The notes under the pieces were generated by a model. The model did no database searches, was not told the origin of the DNA, and saw nothing but the letters and a program-made list of their open reading frames with translations. A stretch of 64,000 bases of DNA. Origin: Octopus vulgaris (taxonomy: Eukaryota). Below are positions 13,546 to 26,530 of the stretch, one piece after another. The stretch spans positions 116,126,001 through 116,190,000 of the forward strand of contig OX597814.1 of NCBI GenBank assembly GCA_951406725.2, written 5' to 3'. The number at the start of each line of letters is the position of its first letter. Within the stretch, counting starts at the first letter, position 1. The position numbers and the translations under genes were made by a program.

Positions 13546-14097
13546 GTATATATATGTATGTATATGTATATGTATGTATACGCATGTATATGTATATATA
13601 TATATATATATATATCCATATATATACATATATTTATATATATGTATGTATATGTATGTATATATATATGATGTATATTTGTATGGGCGTTTTTACGTAT
13701 TTATATATGTATGTATGTATGTACGTATGTATATATATATAGGGGTCAACGCCTGTGTGTGCCCGTGCGTACGTGCTTATGATATCAAATGTTGCACCGA
13801 TACAGGAATGTTTAGTAGATCATGGCATATATGCTCCATCAAATACAACGTATGCCGCTGGTTTATTGTTATGCTGAACGTATGTGGGAACTAGCAATTA
13901 TGGGAATTATATATTATATGAGCTTTCAACTATCTATGTCCATTAATATTTTAAATGCCATTACAAATGGAACGGATTTCGGTCCTGTCACTTCAAAATA
14001 CACTGCCATATGTACAGAGGTCATAGCAAATGGTACTTGATGGACCTGTTTCCAGTCACACCCTTGGTTTTACAATGCTTTAATTATGATACTACAA

Positions 14098-14330
14098 GGC
14101 GGTGAGATGGCAGAAGCGTTAGCGCGCTGGGCAAAATGCTTAGCGGTATTTCGTCTGCCGTTACGTTTCTGAGTTCAAATTCCGCCGAGGTCGACTTTGC
14201 TTTTCATCCTTTCGGGGTCGATAAATAAAGTACCAGTTACGCACTGGGGTCGATGTATTCATCTTAATCACTTTGTCTGTCTTTGTTTGTCCCCACTATA
14301 TTTAGCCCCTTGTGGGCAATAAAGAAATAT
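14098..14330 (+). mobile_element. SINE family A
   Basis: Same head, core and tail as the 9907 copy. Confidence 0.85.
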
Positions 14331-14639
14331 ATAATTATGGTACTATAATTGTTTTCGAGAGTTAGATTTTGAATGGAAATCTTTTTGAAAATGGAGGGCA
14401 TGCAAGGACGTGCATTAACCATGAGATGGGCGTGCAATTCAGCTCTTAGAGGCACAGTCACGCTGGTCAGCACCTGATATTGCATCAATGATCTGCTTAA
14501 TATGTCTGGATCGGATAGGAATTGGAAAGTTTTTCATACAGTGTGGTCAGTTATACTCAGATATAAGTCAAGATAAGATATAAATATATTTTGTTATATT
14601 TCGGGAGGGGCTTTATGTCAAATATAGGGGAAATTACCA

Positions 14640-14902
14640 CCTGTATCATCTCTTGTGAAAGGTAGAAGAGTCCAGTTTGCTGGACATCGTTGTAGAGCTG
14701 AAAACGAAGTAATTTCTACTCTTCTCCTCTGGAAGCCATCTGCTCGCGATACCAGGGGGCGCACACTCTCCTACCCTGATGTAATCTCCAGGGATACAGG
14801 CATCCAGCAACAGGACCTCCGTAATGCTATAATGGACCGTGAAGTTTGGCGTATCATAGTAAATTCCATTGTCTCGACCACGGTCGAACAATGATGATGA
14901 TT
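14640..14902 (+). mobile_element. RTE-clade LINE 3' end
   Basis: RRVQFAGHRCR..LLW..RGRTLSYPDVISRD..MDREVWR C-terminal motifs, then a stop and a (TGA)n tail. Confidence 0.75.
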
Positions 14903-14968
14903 ATGTTTGATAATAAAGATGATCACTTGTTCTATTTCACTTCTTTTTCTTTATTATTTGACAAATTG

Positions 14969-15185
14969 GAGGCGGTGGGGTAGCAAAATCGTTACTATAT
15001 CGGGCAAAACGGTTAGCGGTGTTTCGTTCCCCTTTACATTCTGAGTTCAAATTCCACCGAAGTCGACTTTGCATTTCATTTTTTCGGGGTCGATCAAATA
15101 AGAACAAATTGAACATTGAGGTCAATGTAATCGATTTACCCCTTCCTCCAAACTTGCTGATCTTGTGCCATAATTTGAGACCATT
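14969..15185 (+). mobile_element. Diverged SINE A
   Basis: GAGTTCAAATTCCACCGAAGTCGACTTTG..CGGGGTCGAT. Confidence 0.7.
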
Positions 15186-15594
15186 ATTTTACAAATTGAT
15201 TAACTATTTAACCAATTGATTAATCAATTATTTGATAAATCATTTGATTAATCAACCGATCAATCAATCAGTTTTGCTTGCCAAAGTTCTTTCGTCGCTT
15301 TTCACGACCTCATCAATAACATGCCTTCTCTTCTTCAGATCAACTTCAGATCTAGCAGAGTTCTGGAGTTCCATACTGGAACGTTTGCTTCTTTGCTTCT
15401 CTAGGAAGGCACGGGTTCTGATGGGTGAAACCAACCATTTAGCAAAACCCTCTGCATAGGTCCTCACCGTTTCTAATAGGCTTAGGCTGCGGAATCTAGA
15501 GACATTTCCAGAGACTGAGAAGGTATGGTCATGTCATGTTAAACTTGTCTTTCCGCTTCTTGTAAATTTGAAAAGATTCAAACAAATAGATAAT

Positions 15595-15735
15595 CTTTTC
15601 TACGCCAGGCACAAGGCTCGAAATTTTGGGGAGGGGGCCAGTCGATTAGATCGATCCCAGTACGCAACTGGTACTTAATTTATCGACCCCGAAAGGATGA
15701 AAGGTAAAGTCGACCTCGGCGGAATTTGAACTCAC
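15595..15735 (-). mobile_element. 5'-truncated SINE A with 16 bp TSD
   Basis: CAAACAAATAGATAAT at 15579-15594 and 15736-15751. Confidence 0.8.
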
Positions 15736-16435
15736 CAAACAAATAGATAATGGAAACCTAAGGACATACCTACATGCAACTTACAGAAAATACTACAGCT
15801 AAATACTATACGGGTAAGTGCTGCACACATTCATTTTTTCTGTTACTTATTTCACTCGTTATGTTGCGGCCATGCTGGAGTGCAGATTCGAGGGGTTTGA
15901 CGTCGATAGAGTAGCCCCAGTACTTCGTTACATGTAATACTTCTCTTATCGGTCGCATTTTTGCTGTATTATCAAGTTGCAGAGAGATAAGCAAACCTAC
16001 CCCTGTTGTTAAGTGCAACGGGGGTACAATCCTGAGTCTAGTATCATCTAGTTGTCATCAGTAAAAATTTTGCATTATGTAGCTTTTTATTAAGAATAAA
16101 AAGCTACATAATGCAAAATTTTTACTTTTCAAAAATTCCAATTCTAAAGGGTCGAAATAAACCCAAGCAACGCCGGGCGATACTGCATGTTATGGATAAA
16201 GACATACTCGGAGAAAAGTAATTCTGTCTTCCAGTCCTTCCAATGTCGCTTATCATTCAACCTCTTTTGTCATAACCACCATCCAGCGGGTCACTGCCTG
16301 AAAGTTCTCCAGAAAACAATGCTTAGTTAATCCTCGTCGTTGATCAGAACAACCTTGCACAGGCCTAGAATCAACCTTCTATAGAGTGCAAAGGTTAACA
16401 TATCATCAGCCACATTGTCTGACTGATAGATGACA

Positions 16436-16750
16436 ACTAGATGATACTAGACACAGGATTGTGAACATTTTTCTGGTTGAAATACACCGAAAAATTGCGA
16501 CACAGCAGTCAATAAATCGTAAAAAATAGGGATTTTCATAGAAAAAAAGCACCTTTGTGATGTAAATAAGTTTTGGTGTTAACATGGTCCGATTTTAATT
16601 TTGTCTTCTACGGAATGAAGATTAAGCCTTCTTCTATCATACTCTCAATTTTAGTTAACTTGTGCCGCAGGGTCTCAGAGGAGATAGTGTTAGTTGAAGG
16701 CTACCAAACCTGCCATACACAAACAACTTCAGCTTTATATATAGAGAGAT
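16436..16750 (-). mobile_element. Non-autonomous Helitron-like element (5' part clear)
   Basis: Minus strand starts A|TCTCTCTATATATAAAG..TTGTTTGTGT, like 53539. A CTAG|T lies at ~16436. Confidence 0.5.
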
Positions 16751-17303
16751 TTAAATTCCATCGTAATGAAGAACGACATGGTAGAGAGAGGTTCTGCCTT
16801 TCAGAAAATGTTCTTAAAGCTGGTTTGAGTACTGGCCATGGCGCTAGTAAATAATGTTGCTCTGAACATGTGTCAGTAGTTGCAAATGAAACGCTTTGAG
16901 AGACACTTGTGTTTCAAATAGTGCAGTTCAGCTTGGCTCTCAATAATTGTCCCTTTATTTGAAACTTTTATAAAAATATTTACTGTTTTAATCTTTTTGT
17001 TTTATTTTTAGGTTTTATGCTGTTTTGTTAATTATCTTTGTAATAACCTATCATCTATCGTTCGTGTGTCAATGAACGAACACACTTTTTATTACAGTAC
17101 CCCTGTTTTAATTGTGTACAGAACCGAACGCGGTTCTATGCGCTATGAGTACTTCGCGTTTTGGCTTGTTTTGGTATATTATATTCTGTAATCCTCCACG
17201 AAACGTGTTTGTGGCATCTGTTTGTACTATTTTGCATGTGTTGTATATTTGAATAAGTCGTATTTGTCTCGACATTTTAAAATAATTCCCAAGACAGTTC
17301 TAA

Positions 17304-17555
17304 GGGCATATGCTGTAGTGGTTAAGAGCTCGTGCTACTAACTCCAAGATTCCGAGTTCGATTCCAAGCAGTGACCTGAATAATAATAATAATGATAATA
17401 ACAGCGAAAAATACCTTAGGAGTGAGAACCCTGGTTCGAAATTTCCTCAAGACACCTAATGAAGGCTGGAGGTCATATCAGCCGAAACATTGCGTAAACA
17501 GCAACAAGATGAAGACAAATATCCGTCGAATGTAAATAATGTAAATAATGTAAAT
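17304..17555 (+). mobile_element. tRNA-headed SINE-like element with hammerhead-like 3' domain and (TGTAAATAA)n tail
   Basis: A box TGCTGTAGTGG, B box GTTCGATTCC, (AAT)n, then CTAATGA-AGGCTG..CAGCC-GAAAC at 17456-17488. Confidence 0.7.
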
Positions 17556-18093
17556 TCCAAAAATATCTGTTATCATCGAAATAGTTTCTGTTTACAACTT
17601 CCAACGTTCCTATTATTTCTATTTCCAGATATTTATATGAGAATGATAGTGATACATGAACGTCTATTGACACTAACATATCCACTAGAAGTCCCGATTT
17701 TTTTTCTGGTGGTCCCCAACAGCAATATCTAGTTCATTTTTTATGCTTGACATAATCTAGTTTACAATGTTATAAATCGTTCTTTACTACTTTTGTTCGA
17801 CCGCTTAAAGGCAGAGAGGACACACATCCCCACGAAAGTAACCGGTTAGATTCTTATTCGAAGCTGCAGAGACTCTTTGTGTGTAACCGCGAGTTCTAAT
17901 TTTACAGTGAGGCTATATATACGATAATCAAATGCATTGGTATAGCTCTGCGTATCTATTTGTAAATATTTGTAGTCTATTTCCACAGAGCATTTATCAA
18001 TTTTGAAAATTTAAATGCATCATTTCGAAGACGTACATAATTCTTTTTTATGTAAGAATGGAAATTCTTGAGGTATTTCTTACAACAATAACA

Positions 18094-18135
<42 letters not shown>

Positions 18136-18450
18136 GAACAGAAGCAGCAGCAGTAACAGTGATAATAACAACAAAAATAAAATTAATGTTATTTATGATG
18201 TTGTTGATGATGATGATGATGATGATGGTATGATAATATCTTTTATTGGCTTCAAGGTTCCAAGATATTGGGAAAAGTACAAAAGAGAAAATAGGCAGAA
18301 AGAAGAGAAACAAACTGCAAACAACAACAACAACAACAAAAAGAAAAAGCAAAAAACAGAGGTGGATTTACATCGAGTAGAATGATGAGGATTAGCATTA
18401 ACAATGAAGACACGTTTAGAAAGAGATAATAATAAAATAATTACATAATG

Positions 18451-18504
<54 letters not shown>

Positions 18505-18979
18505 GTGACAATAATTCGATAATAACAATAATAATAAATCATAAATAATAACAATAGTTACAACAACAATATCAACAATAATATTATTAATAATAATAAT
18601 AATGATAATAATGATGATAATAATTAGCAATAATAATAGACCTAACACAGCTCAGAGAATGTAGCGCACATAAATATGGTTCAACATCTAAATAGAGAAG
18701 AGAAAGCAAACAAGAAAAGTGAAATACAATTAGCAGCCAATAAAAACAACACAAATGGCATTGTACATATTCTACTAAACAAACTAGAATAACAATGAAA
18801 TAACGAAAGGAATAGTATAATCCAATAGAATAAGAGTTTACGAAGGAAAAACAAAATACAGCCATCTTTCAAAAGTGAAATCATGTTGCACACAACTCAG
18901 GCAGATTGCAGCTGCCTTGCGCAGTAGAAGCTCACATGAAACTCTGCTGCTGGTGTTACTGTTGTTAATGTTGTTGTTG

Positions 18980-18987
18980 TTGATGAC

Positions 18988-19041
<54 letters not shown>

Positions 19042-19560
19042 GATGATGATGATGATGATGATGATGATGAAGATGATTATGAAGATGATGATGATGATGA
19101 TGATGATAATGATGATGATGAAGATGATGATGAAAATGATGATGAAGATAATGATGATGAGGATGATGAGGATGATGTTGATGATGAAGATGATGAAGAT
19201 GATGACGATGATGAAGATGCTGATAATGATGATGATAAAGATGATGACGATGATGCTGAAGATGATGACGATGATGCTGAAGATGATGATGATGACGATG
19301 ATGATGAAGATGATGATGATGATGAGGGAAATGCTCATGATGAAGATGATGGTAATGATGATGAAGATGATGATGGTGAAGACGAAGTTGATGATGATGA
19401 TGATGAAAATGATGATGATAAAGATGATGATGATGATGATGATGACGACGATGATGATGGTGAAGATGATGAAGATGATGATGGTGAAGATGATGATGAT
19501 GATGAAGAAGAAGAAGATGATGATGATGAAGATGATGATGAAAATGATGATGATGATGAT
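18980..19560. repeat. Degenerate (ATG/GAT)n trinucleotide array, ~580 bp
   Basis: Directly visible. It produces the spurious poly-M/poly-H/poly-S ORFs. Confidence 0.95.
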
Positions 19561-19919
19561 GGTTTGATAAAGCTATTGGTTTCAAACGTAGGCACAAGGC
19601 CAGCAATTTCGGAGGAAGCGGTAAGTCGAATACGTCGACTCCAGTGTTCAACTGCTACTTCTTTTATTGATTCCGAAATGATAAAAAGCAAAGTCGACAA
19701 GAACAATAACGATTTCTAAAGGGAAAAATGATTGTATGTTTGAGGGGCGTGTACGAGTCGATATCAACCAGTTCAGTACTTTAATGATATTTTATCTTAT
19801 TGACCTAGAAAGTATAAATGGTAAAGTTGACATGGACTAGAATCGAACCCAGATCGTATAGTGTCGGAAGAGATGCTGCTAAGCATTTTGTCGGATCTCA
19901 GTTCATTCACTACCTCGGC

Positions 19920-20012
19920 TTTACTTAGGACTGCACGCATATTGCGTAAAGTACTGTCTGTCCGAGGTCCTTATTGTAACTTGACAGACAGTACAATCCC
20001 CCGGTAAACATC
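19920..20012 (+). mobile_element. 3' terminal fragment of an R4/Dong-type LINE
   Basis: Closely similar to 21708-21800 (LLGTARILRKVLSV plus 3'UTR). Confidence 0.65.
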
Positions 20013-20025
20013 ATGTGACGTCTTC

Positions 20026-20083
<58 letters not shown>

Positions 20084-20085
<2 letters not shown>

Positions 20086-20748
20086 CTGTGGACAAAATGG
20101 TGAAACCGTATGGCATATTATCAGCCAATGTGCGTCATTAGCCCAGAAGGAATATAAGAGACGCCACGAAAATATAACAAGGCTTGTCCATTGGACACTT
20201 TGCAACAAGTATGGACTTGACAGAGCAAAAAATTGGTACTACCACAAACTCGAAGGCATCATCGAAAATGACAATGCAAAGATTCTGTGGGATTTTATGA
20301 TTCGGTTCGACTATGAGATAGAGAATAGGAAGCCAGATATAGTCTTAATTGAGAAAGAAAGCAAACTATGCTGGATCATAGATATAGCATGCTTAGCTGA
20401 CAACAAGGTATGCGATAAGGAAGAAAGAAAATTCGATAGATATGACAGGTTAGCTTGGGAAGTTAGGCAGTTGTGGTTATGTAAAAGTTGGTAGTGGTAC
20501 CAATAATTGTCGGAGCCCTGGGACAGTGCGGCGTAAACATCTTGAGAAGCACGTGGAACAAATAGGGACTGCAATAAGGATGGAGCACTTGCAGAGAACA
20601 GTACTACTTGGAATCGCTCGAATACTCCAGAAGGTGCTCGAAAATAAGAGGTATTACCTTAGTTCACTGGTAGTGAACAACTGACACCGAAGTACATCTC
20701 CAGCGTTAGAAGCTGTGCAAAGAAAATAAAAATAAAAATAATAATAAG
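20084..20748 (+). mobile_element. R4/Dong-type RLE LINE, 3' fragment
   Basis: CCHC remnant CG..ETVWHIISQC, RRH, ILWDF, RKPDIV..IDIAC (PD..D nuclease) and IIVGALG. Preceded by (AAT)n and ends in an A-rich/(AAT)n run. Confidence 0.85.
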
Positions 20749-20749
20749 T

Positions 20750-21845
20750 GCATGGTGCCCTCCACCTTAAGGCAAATGTACACAGACTCTACATGAAGAG
20801 ATGAAAGGGTGGGCGCGGACTGATTAGCGTATGGGAGTGCATCAACAGTAAAAGAAGAAATATTTGGTAAACAGCAAATAAGACCTGTTACAGTATGCTG
20901 CTAGTGCAGAAATAGACTTGAGAGTGCTCATGAATTCCGAACCAGAGCAGGCAACGAGAGAGAAGAAACCCTATTCCGTATGGAATTATATTACATGGTC
21001 AGTTCCACCGTGAAACCAACAAATTAAAAACAAGGGAGCGTCATGGAGGTGGCTCCAGAAGGATGACCTAAAAAGAAATAATGGAAGACTAAGCATCGCG
21101 GCTCAGGACCAGGCATTGAATACCAACTGAGTGAAAAAGACTATATACTACTCAAGTGCATCGGACCTCTGCAGAATACGTGGGAAGAGGGTCGAAAAAG
21201 TGACTCACATTGTTAGTGTTTGTGAAAGTCTTGCGCAGAAAGAGTACAAATGTAGACACGACAAAGTAGACCAAGACCTCCACTGCCTACTATGCCGTAA
21301 TTATGAATATGAGGTTACGGGTGCTTGGTACCAAAATACACCTGAAAAGGTAATAGACGAAAATAGTAAGGCAAAAGTCCTCTGGGAGTTTGATTTCCAG
21401 ACAGACAAAGTGTTAGAGCACGAAAGGCCAGATATAGTAACCTTTAGGAGGGACAAACAAGAGTGCCTAATAATCAAAGAAGCAGTGCCAGGAGTTCAAC
21501 ATATCATCATGAAAGAAAGAGAAAACGTTGATAAATATGGAGACCTGAGAATTGAGATCGCTAAGATGTGGAAGCTACGAGAGTCGGACATAAAGGTTAT
21601 CCCTATTGTCATGAAAGCACTGCGTTCAATACCACCCAATCTGAAAAAAAACCACATCTGAAAACCTTAGAGATACCCTACAATCTAGATGTATTGCAAA
21701 AGTCGGTATTACTTGGAACTGAACGCATATTTCGTAAAGTAGTGTCTGTCTGAGGTCCTTGTTGTGATTTCACAAACAGTACAAAACCCCCGGTAGACAC
21801 AATATCTTCAATCAAGACCCTCACGATATTGTATATTGTGCGACG
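20750..21845 (+). mobile_element. Second R4/Dong-type RLE LINE, 3' fragment (degenerate)
   Basis: AAQDQALNT, CRI..VTHIVSVC, RHDKV, LWEFDFQTDK..ERPDIV, LQKSVLLGTERIFRKV. Followed by (TAC)n/(TAA)n. Confidence 0.85.
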
Positions 21846-21867
21846 TCTACTATACTACTACTACTAT

Positions 21868-21995
<128 letters not shown>

Positions 21996-22578
21996 ATAAT
22001 AATAATTATAATAATAATAATTTTGTTTTTGTATGTTTGCAAGGTTAATAAGGCAGTGAAAGATAATCATTCTCACTAGACATAATAAAATAATAATAAC
22101 GATTTTATTTATTTGCCACAAGGGCGATGGGTGAAGGGAACAATACTAAGAGAGACATGATAATAATAATAATAATAATAAAATCTAATATATTTATATT
22201 TTGACAGACATTTTCTAGAACAAAACCAAATACATGGCGAGAAGAAGTAGTGGAGCAGCATCATAGCCGTGTCTTGAGAGGAATTCTTTGGGGTTTGAAT
22301 AAATCACTTTATGGAAAGTTTTACAGATTTTTACAGTTCTAGTGATCGCTTGGGTCTGTAGTCCTCGAATCAGCGTTCTCCTTTCTTATTTTGAGAAGCC
22401 TAATTTCTTAACATTGGTACTTAGGCAGTGTATATATGTATGTCATTGTTCAGTTTTATTTCAAAAGTTCTTGCCAATAGAGAAAGAGCCGGTTTCTAAC
22501 CTAGATTCAATGTTCCTTCACTGGAATTTCAACATCAACAACAGGGTATTTTTGTATGTATGTATGTATGTATGTATG

Positions 22579-22609
<31 letters not shown>

Positions 22610-22869
22610 GTATGAATGAATGTATGTATGTATATGTGCAGATTTGTATGCTTTGCTTTCTGTATGTACTCTCATCCTTTGAGTTGCAAATCTAGACATA
22701 CTCATATATATTTAAATGATAAACTTCTGGAAAGTTTTACAGATTTTTACAGTTCCAGTGATGGACTGGATCTGTAGTCTTCGAATTAGCTTTCTCTTTT
22801 CTGGTTTTGAGAAGCCTAATTTCTCAAGACTGGTATTTAGGCAGTGAGTTACATAATCCAGGGCTCCGA

Positions 22870-23165
22870 TGAAAAATCGCCACTTCCCTAGTTTCCTCGC
22901 TCACTCGATGGAGAAGGGATCGGGCCGTCGCCGAGCGGTAGTTCATTATCTGGTGCGAAGCGCGCGGTGCCGATGCGCGACCCTTAGTCGAGAACAGTGT
23001 CGGTCGGGGAGTTTGGGGCGGTACGTCTGTCAAACGGTAACGCAGGTGTCCCAAGGCGAGCTCACCGTGGACGGAAACCACACGTCGAGCAAATGGGCAA
23101 AAGCTCGCTCGATCTCGATTTTCAGTACAAATACGGACCGCGAAAGCGTGGCCCATTGATCCTTT
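22870..23165 (+). pseudogene. Dispersed 28S rRNA fragment (3' domains)
   Basis: GGGAGTTTG(ACTG missing)GGGCGGTAC.TCTGTCAAACGGTAACGCAGGTGTCC.AAGGCGAGCTCA..GGGCAAAAGCTCGCT.GATCT.GATTTTCAGTAC matches conserved eukaryotic LSU sequence. Confidence 0.9.
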
Positions 23166-23175
23166 CCGAAAAAAA

Positions 23176-23408
23176 GGCGGCGAGCTGGCAGAAACGTTAG
23201 CACGCCGGGCGAAATGCTTAGCAGTATTTCGTATGCCGCTACGTTCTGAGTTCTAATTCCGCCGAGGTCAACTTCGCCTTTCATCCTTTCGGGGGTCGAT
23301 TAAATAAGTACCAGTTACGCACTGGGGTCGATATAATCGACTTAATCCGTTTGTCTGTCCTTGTTTGTCCCTTCTGTGTTTAGCCCCTTGTGGGTAGTAA
23401 AGAAATAG
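23176..23408 (+). mobile_element. SINE family A, full length
   Basis: Head-to-tail match with the other A copies. Confidence 0.85.
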
Positions 23409-25314
23409 GTATAAATCTGAACTTGTAATCTGGATAGAGTAACTGCAGATTTCTCAATACTTCAGAATAGGTGTTCTCTTTTCCACTAATCTTCAGCTTT
23501 ATGTTAACATCCGCTCGGCAGCTAATTCCCACAACTGTGCACAGCTTCTCTTCTCTATCCCAAATCATTATATCAGGTCTTTTGAGCTTACATTTTATTG
23601 AGGTCTTCACTGGAACATTCCACCGGAACCCCTTTTATTTTTGAGTATCTATGGCTTCTACCATATTGTGGGTTCTTACTTTTTTGTCTCTGGGGTTATC
23701 CTTCTGACGGATTTCATTATGTATTTATGTATGTATGTACGTATATACAAACATCCATCAATCCATCCACCCATCCATCCATCGATCCATCCATCCATCC
23801 ATCCATCCATCCATCCATCCATCCGTTCATCCATCCATCCATACATATATATATATGTGTGTATATATACATACACATACACACACACACGCATATACGT
23901 ATGTATGTATATACATGAGGGTGCATGGTTTAGTGGTTAGGGCGTTGCACTCAGAACCGTGAGAGGTGGTTTCAGGGACTGAAACCACGATCTCACGATC
24001 TCACGTATACCTCACGTGACGTGAGGTATACCGTGCAACTGTTAAGAGGACCTAGATTTCACAGAGGTAATGGTGAAGAATTTGCAGAAAAGTCTTTCTC
24101 GGACTAAAAGAGACTACCCTCCTCCTCCTCCCCCTCCTCCTCCTCATCATCATCACCACCACCACCATCACCATCACCACCACCACCACCATCATCATCA
24201 TCATCGTCGTCATCGTCGTGGTCGTGGTCGTCGTGGTCGTGGTCGTGGTCGTCGTGGTCGTGGTCGTGGTCGTCGTGGTCGTGGTCGTGGTCGTCGTGGT
24301 CGTGGTCGTGGTCGTCTTGTTCGTCATCATCATCGTTGTCATCATCATCATTATTATCAGCTCCCCTCCTCTCTCTAAGTAGAAGGTATTTGCCCAAGAT
24401 GCCACGCAGTGGTACTTAACCCAAAACCACGTGGCTGTAAAGAAATCTTGTTAATGACTCAGCCACGCATGCGTATGGTGTTAAAATACAGCGGATATAC
24501 GAGGGTTTACAACTTTCCATCCAATCCATAATAATAGCTCTGCCTGGAACAGAACACGTTCTACAGTTTGCTTCCATAAAATACTTCAATAATATCAATT
24601 TGGTCAACACATAATCACCAAAAATAAAAAAAAAAGGAAAGAGTAAAATAAAAAAACAAAAACAAATCTCAATTCTATGAAAATATCGCACTTAACATAG
24701 TATGAATTATACAATAATTTAAACAACGCAAACGATGCAGCACATGCGCAGTGATCACCAGCCAATAAAATTACAGCTTCTAACCGAGAACCTCCACAAA
24801 ATATCCTTGTTGTGCTATAATATATTTTATGGTACTGTTAAGCAAACTGAAATGATTAAGGATAACAAAAAAAAAAAAAAAAAAAAAACAACTACAAAAG
24901 CAAAACCGGTAAAATAGACATAATCCATATCCCTTTTTAATTCACCAAACGAGAAAAGTGAGCATACTCATTAATGCTCCGTCCTGCAGTGAAAATCACG
25001 TAAGACATTTTTGAAAAACCATCGTGAATAAATGAAAAACAAAGCGTGCAAAATGCTACTTCATCAATGTAAAACTGATGCTAAATTGAACAAAAACTTT
25101 AACTTTTTTTCCTCATATTTCTGCAAATAAAATAAAAAATGCATAAATATATTCGAGAAGAATATGTTCCTATGATACATTCACATTTTACAGCTAGATA
25201 CTCTTTCACAAGGGAAAGACTACCATAATATAGGCATGTAGTAAAATATAATGTGATCTAGAATCTCTATGCATCCTGAAAGAAAAGTTTAAGAAGCCAC
25301 ATACTTAAAGCCAA

Positions 25315-25355
<41 letters not shown>

Positions 25356-25812
25356 CCATAAAAATAGAAGACCTAAAGGGGGGAAAATTTATTGCTGTAA
25401 ATGCTTCCCTAAAATAGAAATACACAAATACAGTACAAGACCTACGTCTATCGAAGGTACACAAAAATATTCTGTGTCATATATATAGTAAAAGCAATAA
25501 TAATAAAACTACTGGATTATGTTTGCACGCTGTTCTTAACAACAATAACAATGATAATATACAATAATGAAATAAGTTATGGGTTCTAATATGACCAACA
25601 CTTTTAAGGAAGGGAATTAATCGATATCATAGAATCCAGTACTTGACTGTTATTCATTTTGTCGGCTCCGAAATGAGGGAAAAGCAAAGTTGATCTCGGA
25701 ACTCAGAACCTTATGAGCCGAAAGGTATGTCGCTAAGCATTTTGTCTGAAGTCTTAACGGTTCTTTCCAGTTCACCGTCTTAAAAATAATAATGTAGCGG
25801 CGAGCGAAATAC

Positions 25813-26075
25813 TTATTTCTTTACTACCCACAAGGGGCTAAACACAGAAGGGACAAACAAGGACAGACAAACGGATTAAGTCGATTATATCGACCCCAGT
25901 GCGTAACTGGTACTTATTTAATCGACCCCGAAAGGATGAAAGGCAAAGTCGACCTTGTTTTTAGGATGAAAGGCAAAGTCGACCTCGGCGGAATTTGGAC
26001 TCAGGACGTAACGGCAGACTAAATACGGCTACGCATTTCGCCCGGCGTGCAAACGTTTCTGCCAGCTCACCGCCT
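25813..26075 (-). mobile_element. SINE A (duplicate at ~31845-32107)
   Basis: Reverse complement of the A consensus with an internal AGGATGAAAGGCAAAGTCGACCT duplication. Confidence 0.8.
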
Positions 26076-26083
26076 TAATAATA

Positions 26084-26147
<64 letters not shown>

Positions 26148-26251
26148 TGATAAAAATAATAATAATAATAATGATGATGATGATGATGATGATGATGATG
26201 CGGTACCATACGCAATGAGGGTTATCCGAGATGTGGTCATTGTTAGTTGAA

Positions 26252-26306
<55 letters not shown>

Positions 26307-26320
26307 GTAATAATAATCAA

Positions 26321-26530
26321 GGCGGTGAGTCGGCAGAAATGTTTGCACGCCGGGCGAAATACTTAACAGTATTTCTTCTCTCTTTACGTTCTGGGTTCAA
26401 ATTCCGCCGAGGTCTGCTTTACCGTTCATCCTTTCGGGGTTGATAAATTAAGTACCAGTTGCGTATTGGAGTCGATCTAATCGACCGGGTCCCACCCCTA
26501 AAATTTCAGGCCTTGTGCCTGAAGTAGAAA
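26321..26530 (+). mobile_element. SINE A variant in (AAT)n (duplicate at ~32380-32590)
   Basis: A head and core with the alternative tail GGCCTTGTGCCT..AGTAGAAA. Confidence 0.75.

Larger units (their letters stand above)
22435..23640 (-). mobile_element. RLE LINE 3' end, interrupted by the 28S/SINE insert at ~22875-23404
   Basis: KRPDIMIWD..KENTYSE..YKFRFIPI (23640-23405) continues as IGALDYVTHCLNTSLEKLGF..TGTVKICKTFQKFII* (22872-22712). The 3'UTR contains (CATA)n. A partial second copy lies at 22310-22430. Confidence 0.75.

Noticed and set aside
18838-19706. Poly-Met/His/Ile/Ser ORFs of 120-230 aa
   Set aside because: (ATG)n array with several frames open and no unique domain.
22480-22530. 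TGAAGGA..GAAACCGG motif on the minus strand in the LINE 3'UTR
   Set aside because: Core and stems are too imperfect in this copy.
22870-23165. Functional rDNA unit or R2 target site
   Set aside because: Isolated ~295 bp piece with a deletion in a conserved motif. The R2 site sequence is not included.
24052-24405. His/RG-rich and DH-repeat ORFs (also 27.5-28.2 kb and duplicates)
   Set aside because: Compound trinucleotide repeats with copy-variable lengths and no splice or domain evidence.
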